This document shows, one piece after another, positions 60,143 through 64,000 of a stretch of DNA of 64,000 bases. The translations under genes were made by a program, and so were the position numbers. Every line of letters starts with the position of its first letter. The first letter of the stretch is position 1. This DNA is from Acidobacteriota bacterium (lineage in GTDB: Bacteria; Acidobacteriota; UBA6911), in contig DATJPG010000072.1 in assembly GCA_035506515.1 (NCBI GenBank), positions 2,353 through 66,352 of the forward strand, in the 5' to 3' direction. Below the pieces are notes generated by a model. It saw only the letters and a program-made list of their open reading frames with translations. It had not been told where the DNA came from and did not search any database.

Positions 60143-60818
60143 AACGGACAATCCGGGCACGTTCCCCTTCGCTGAGGGCGAGGTATCGCAGACCCGTGCG
60201 ATACAGCTTCTGGTGTTCCGCGACAAATTCCGAATAAATGACACTGCAGGGGATACTGATCGCAGGCTTGTTGTCCGGAAGCGATAGCTTGAGATTCAGC
60301 TGCGTCCCCAGGGGAATTCGCCTGGCGTAGCGAAAAGATACGCCTCCGGCGCTGATATCGCTTGTGATGGTCCGGATTAAGATCAGCGACGGGGACGTTC
60401 CATCGGCCTCATCCTCGCGCACCGTGCCGGCAATTTCCAGCGGCAAAAGACACTTGGATCGATAGTATTGCCGTCTCTGTATCTGCTGAGCGGGACCGTC
60501 TACGATAACGGTAATTTGTGGTGGCGGTTCCGTTTCCGTCTTTTCCACGACACCGCTAAAACTGTGCGGTATGCCGTCACGCATAAAAAAAACGTCCAGC
60601 ACGTTGCCGGGGCGTGTGATTAACCGGATGCCGCGATCGGTCGGCCAGGAAATGACCATGACGCCATTGGATATGCTTACGACCCTGCTGTAGTAAGTAG
60701 TGGGATCGGAACCATCCGGTATCCGGATCTGCAAGGCATCGTCGGGCGCAGCATAGAATTTGGGATCCATGCTGTCTTTGGAATGGTCATCCGTTACTTG
60801 CTCATTTGCAGGCATCAC
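60105..60818 (-). CDS. PilZ-domain c-di-GMP receptor (YcgR-like)
   Basis: QRRQYYR (RxxxR) and DISAGG (DxSxxG), plus an N-terminal YcgR-like beta domain. Confidence 0.83.
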   Translation of the reverse strand: MMPANEQVTDDHSKDSMDPKFYAAPDDALQIRIPDGSDPTTYYSRVVSISNGVMVISWPTDRGIRLITRPGNVLDVFFMRDGIPHSFSGVVEKTETEPPPQITVIVDGPAQQIQRRQYYRSKCLLPLEIAGTVREDEADGTSPSLILIRTITSDISAGGVSFRYARRIPLGTQLNLKLSLPDNKPAISIPCSVIYSEFVAEHQKLYRTGLRYLALSEGERARIVRFIYRTQLQSLHD

Positions 60819-60913
60819 AAAACTCTACCCACGAGGCATACAACACCTCAAAATACCGCTTCCCTTGACTTATATATCGGCAATTTGACGGGATCTGATA
60901 GCAATAAATGGAT

Positions 60914-62767
60914 TTAGATGCGGCCGAAATTTCTTTCGATCTCATAGGTCGTGAAGCGGAGCAGAATGGGTCGGCCATGCGGGCAGTTGGTGGGAATCCG
61001 CGTGCGGGCCAACTCGTCGAGCAGCCACTGCATTTTTTCGACGGCAAGAGGCATGTTGACCTTGATCGCGGCGCGACACGCCGTACCAACGGCAATCCTG
61101 TCCCTTATTCTGTCGACATCCAGAGTTCTTTCATCCGCTTCGATGCCCTCGAGGATCTCGGATAAAAGCTTGCAGACATCCGAATCTCCGGCAATCGCGG
61201 GAGCAGACCGGATCAGGACCGATCTGCCGCCGAAGGGCTCTATCTGAAAGCCATTCCGGTTCAATTCGGGCATCACCTGTTCGAGCAGCGCCGCCTGGTG
61301 AGGGGATAGTTCAAGGGAAAGCGGAACGAGCAGCCCTTGAGTCTCAACCGAGCTTCCCTGCATCGCCTTTGCCATCTTCTCATAAAGAATTCGTTCATGC
61401 GCGACATGCTGGTCGATGATCAGCAAACCCTGGCTGTCGCACGCGATGATATAGCTGTCCTGCAGCTGGCCCAGGATGCGCACGGCGGAAGGTTGAAACG
61501 CACTCCTGCTCTCAGCGGTGGCGTCAAACAGCATCTCGGGTAATACGCGCAGCGATAAATGATCTGCCGGCGCACCGGAAATCCCGGGCGCCAACTCCCG
61601 GAACGGGTAATTGAGTGCGCGCTGGAAGGGATTCGGGGAAGCCGCGGGAGGTGTCAGATCGAACACATCCTCTCGTCTTGGAAATCCCATATCGGGTCGT
61701 AGTTCTGGGGGCGCCTCCGGCGCTCTATATGGGGCGAACGGTGCCGGAATGTGCGAATAAACCGGAATCGAGTTGCTTTGAACCAGCGCCTTTTCGATGG
61801 TCTCGAGCACCAGCTTGTGAACGGCGTTCTGCTCCCGGAAACGGATCTCGGTTTTGGCCGGGTGGGCATTGACGTCCACTTCGTCGTACGGCAACTCTAC
61901 AAAAAGGATCACAACGGGGTACGCAGAAGACGGCATGCAATTGCGATAAGCCTGACGAAGGGCGCTTGTGAGCACCTTGTCGCGCACCATCCGCCGGTTG
62001 ACATAGAAGAACTGCGAATAGGAATTGGTTCTTTGTTCATGCGGACGCGAGGCGAAGCCGTGAACACTGGCTGAACCCGACTGTCCCGAAAGCTCGACGA
62101 GATTCTCGAGAAATCCGTCCCCGAAGATCTGATACACGCGCTCCCTGAGACCGGCGACGGCAGGCGCATCGACGAGAGCGCGCCCTTCGCTTTCGAGCGT
62201 GAAGCGAATTTCCGGATGCGCCAAAGCATAATGCGTCACCAGCCTCGCGATATGGCCCAATTCCGTGTCGTTGGATCGGAGAAACTTTCTCCGCGCCGGG
62301 ACATTGAAAAACAGGTCGCGCACCGTGATCTCCGTTCCTGCATCCCACGATGCGGGCTTGACCGTGCGCATCACACCGCCCTGAATCTCGATTTCGGTTC
62401 CGGAAATGGAATCGGAATCCGAAGCGCGCGTCTTTAAAGTCAATCGCGAAACCGAGGCGATTGACGGGAGCGCTTCCCCCCTGAATCCCAGAGTAGCGAT
62501 AGAACCGAGGTCCTCCGCCGTCTGGAGCTTGCTGGTAGCATGATGCTCGAAAGCCAGAATGGCGTCATCCTGGCTCATTCCCTCGCCATCGTCGCGCACC
62601 TGGATGGATCGCTTCCCTCCCGAAAGAACGCCGATATAGAGCGCGCGGCATTGGGCGTCGATGGAATTTTCAAGCAGTTCCTTTACGACCGAAGCCGGCC
62701 GTTCCACAATTTCTCCTGCCGCGATTTTGTTGGCGAGAATCTCGGGCAGTACGCGGATTTTGCTCAT
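60914..62767 (-). CDS. mutL: DNA mismatch repair protein MutL
   Basis: NKIAAGEIVERP, TSK, LGFRGEAL, DQHVAHERILYE, ACRAAIK, CPHGRP. Confidence 0.97.
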   Translation of the reverse strand: MSKIRVLPEILANKIAAGEIVERPASVVKELLENSIDAQCRALYIGVLSGGKRSIQVRDDGEGMSQDDAILAFEHHATSKLQTAEDLGSIATLGFRGEALPSIASVSRLTLKTRASDSDSISGTEIEIQGGVMRTVKPASWDAGTEITVRDLFFNVPARRKFLRSNDTELGHIARLVTHYALAHPEIRFTLESEGRALVDAPAVAGLRERVYQIFGDGFLENLVELSGQSGSASVHGFASRPHEQRTNSYSQFFYVNRRMVRDKVLTSALRQAYRNCMPSSAYPVVILFVELPYDEVDVNAHPAKTEIRFREQNAVHKLVLETIEKALVQSNSIPVYSHIPAPFAPYRAPEAPPELRPDMGFPRREDVFDLTPPAASPNPFQRALNYPFRELAPGISGAPADHLSLRVLPEMLFDATAESRSAFQPSAVRILGQLQDSYIIACDSQGLLIIDQHVAHERILYEKMAKAMQGSSVETQGLLVPLSLELSPHQAALLEQVMPELNRNGFQIEPFGGRSVLIRSAPAIAGDSDVCKLLSEILEGIEADERTLDVDRIRDRIAVGTACRAAIKVNMPLAVEKMQWLLDELARTRIPTNCPHGRPILLRFTTYEIERNFGRI

Positions 62768-64000
62768 GCCGTCCGATCCTGAATGTGAGATTTGAGAAAT
62801 CCGGCGATCTCCGGGATCGCAATTTCCTGCTGGCTTGAATCCTGCAGATTCTTCATGGAGGCCACGCCGCGCGCCAGTTCGTCTTCTCCAAGGATCAGAA
62901 CGAATTTGGCCCCGAGCCTATTGGCCTGGCGCATCTGACTCTTCAGGGTTCCCGAGAAAAAATCGAGGCAGCAAGACAGGCCCCGATGGCGGAGATCGCG
63001 CACAATCTCAGTAGCTTTTTTAAATGCGGCTTCGCCCAGGTGGGCGAGAAACAAATCCGGCCCCGCCTGCTCCTTTGAGTTCGAGTCTTCCGGTAAAATC
63101 ATCACCAGGCGATCCAGTCCCAGCGCGAATCCGAGAGCATGCACCGGAGGGCCGCCCAGCGCTTCCGACAGCCCGTCGTAGCGTCCACCACCGGCAATCG
63201 CGTTCTGTGAGCCCAGTTCCCCGCTCACAATTTCGAAAGCGGTCCGGATATAGTAATCGAGTCCCCGCACCAACCTGGGAACGATGGTATAGACGATGCC
63301 GGCTTCATCGAGAAAGGACTTCACCTTCTCAAAATGTTCGGCGCATTCGGGACACAGGTGATCGGTGATGAACGGCAATTGATCGATGTACGGCTGGCAG
63401 GATTCGACTTTGCAGTCGAATACCCTCAGACTGTTTGTCGCAGCGCGTCTCCGACAATCCTCGCACAAGTTGTCCACGCATTTGCCGAGTTCCGACTGAA
63501 GCAGCGAAACATAGCGGGGCCTGCAATTGCGGCATCCTACGGAATTGAGAAGCAGTTTCGCCTCCACATTCAGAGATTGGAGGAACCACAGAGCCATATC
63601 AATCATCTCGGCGTCGACTGCAGGATGATCCGATCCCAGAGCTTCCGCGCCGATCTGGTAAAACTGCCGCCAGCGCCCTTTCTGTTTCTTCTCGTGACGA
63701 AACATCGGCCCCAGGTAGTAAAGCTTCGTGAGTCCGCCGCCGCGATACATGGCATTCTGCAGATAGGCGCGAACGACAGACGCCGTGGCTTCGGGACGGA
63801 GAGTCACGGATCGCTTGCTCCGGTCGACGAAGGTATACATTTCCTTGCCGACGATGTCGGTGTCCGTTCCGATGCCGCGCGCAAACAGTTCCGTTGGCTC
63901 GATAAGCGAGGTGCGAATTTCCGCAAACCCATACCTGGCAAAAACCCGCCGGGCATGCTCCTCTACCCGCTGCCAGCGCCCGATTTCTTCCGGCAGCAAA
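62764..64000 (-). CDS. hisS: Histidine--tRNA ligase (5' end just outside the window)
   Basis: KEMY, LRPEATAS, GRWRQFYQ.G.E, LVRGLDYY, GGGRYD, G.DR. Confidence 0.96.
   Translation of the reverse strand, partial: LLPEEIGRWQRVEEHARRVFARYGFAEIRTSLIEPTELFARGIGTDTDIVGKEMYTFVDRSKRSVTLRPEATASVVRAYLQNAMYRGGGLTKLYYLGPMFRHEKKQKGRWRQFYQIGAEALGSDHPAVDAEMIDMALWFLQSLNVEAKLLLNSVGCRNCRPRYVSLLQSELGKCVDNLCEDCRRRAATNSLRVFDCKVESCQPYIDQLPFITDHLCPECAEHFEKVKSFLDEAGIVYTIVPRLVRGLDYYIRTAFEIVSGELGSQNAIAGGGRYDGLSEALGGPPVHALGFALGLDRLVMILPEDSNSKEQAGPDLFLAHLGEAAFKKATEIVRDLRHRGLSCCLDFFSGTLKSQMRQANRLGAKFVLILGEDELARGVASMKNLQDSSQQEIAIPEIAGFLKSHIQDRTA

Overview
A ~56% GC bacterial chromosome segment made almost entirely of housekeeping genes. 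It is most likely from Acidobacteriota (inference from the fused LptF/G, the Pal with an inserted beta-domain, and gene order). It covers replication and repair (holA, recO, recN, ssb, xerD, mutS, mutL, rarA, dnaE, a DnaC-like ATPase), translation (rpsT, glyQS, hisS, miaB, tsaB, rimI, trmH-type), envelope and lipids (lptE, lptF/G, lpxD, murJ, ddl, uppP, tol-pal-cpoB, psd-pssA, accA, ino1, an ArnT/GT2 cluster) and central metabolism (ppdK, dcd, guaA, hisG). I found no rRNA, tRNA, CRISPR array, prophage or intact IS. Three things stand out. (1) A ~0.75 kb accessory scar right after selD (34264-35085) has a synonymously diverged second copy of the selD 3' end, 12-bp terminal inverted repeats, a 39-bp perfect direct repeat, a 5'-truncated GxxExxY (PD-(D/E)XK-like) gene and a 30-bp hairpin built from 9-nt units. 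(2) selD is a selenoprotein (in-frame TGA at 33313 plus a SECIS-like stem), which the ORF track misses, and a yqeC-like gene lies elsewhere in the window. (3) The partial gene at the left edge matches the C-terminus of Tes/GDGT-MAS (MJ0619-type) tetraether-lipid radical SAM enzymes. Gene calls come from motif recognition only; no database searches were run, and several start codons are my best estimates.
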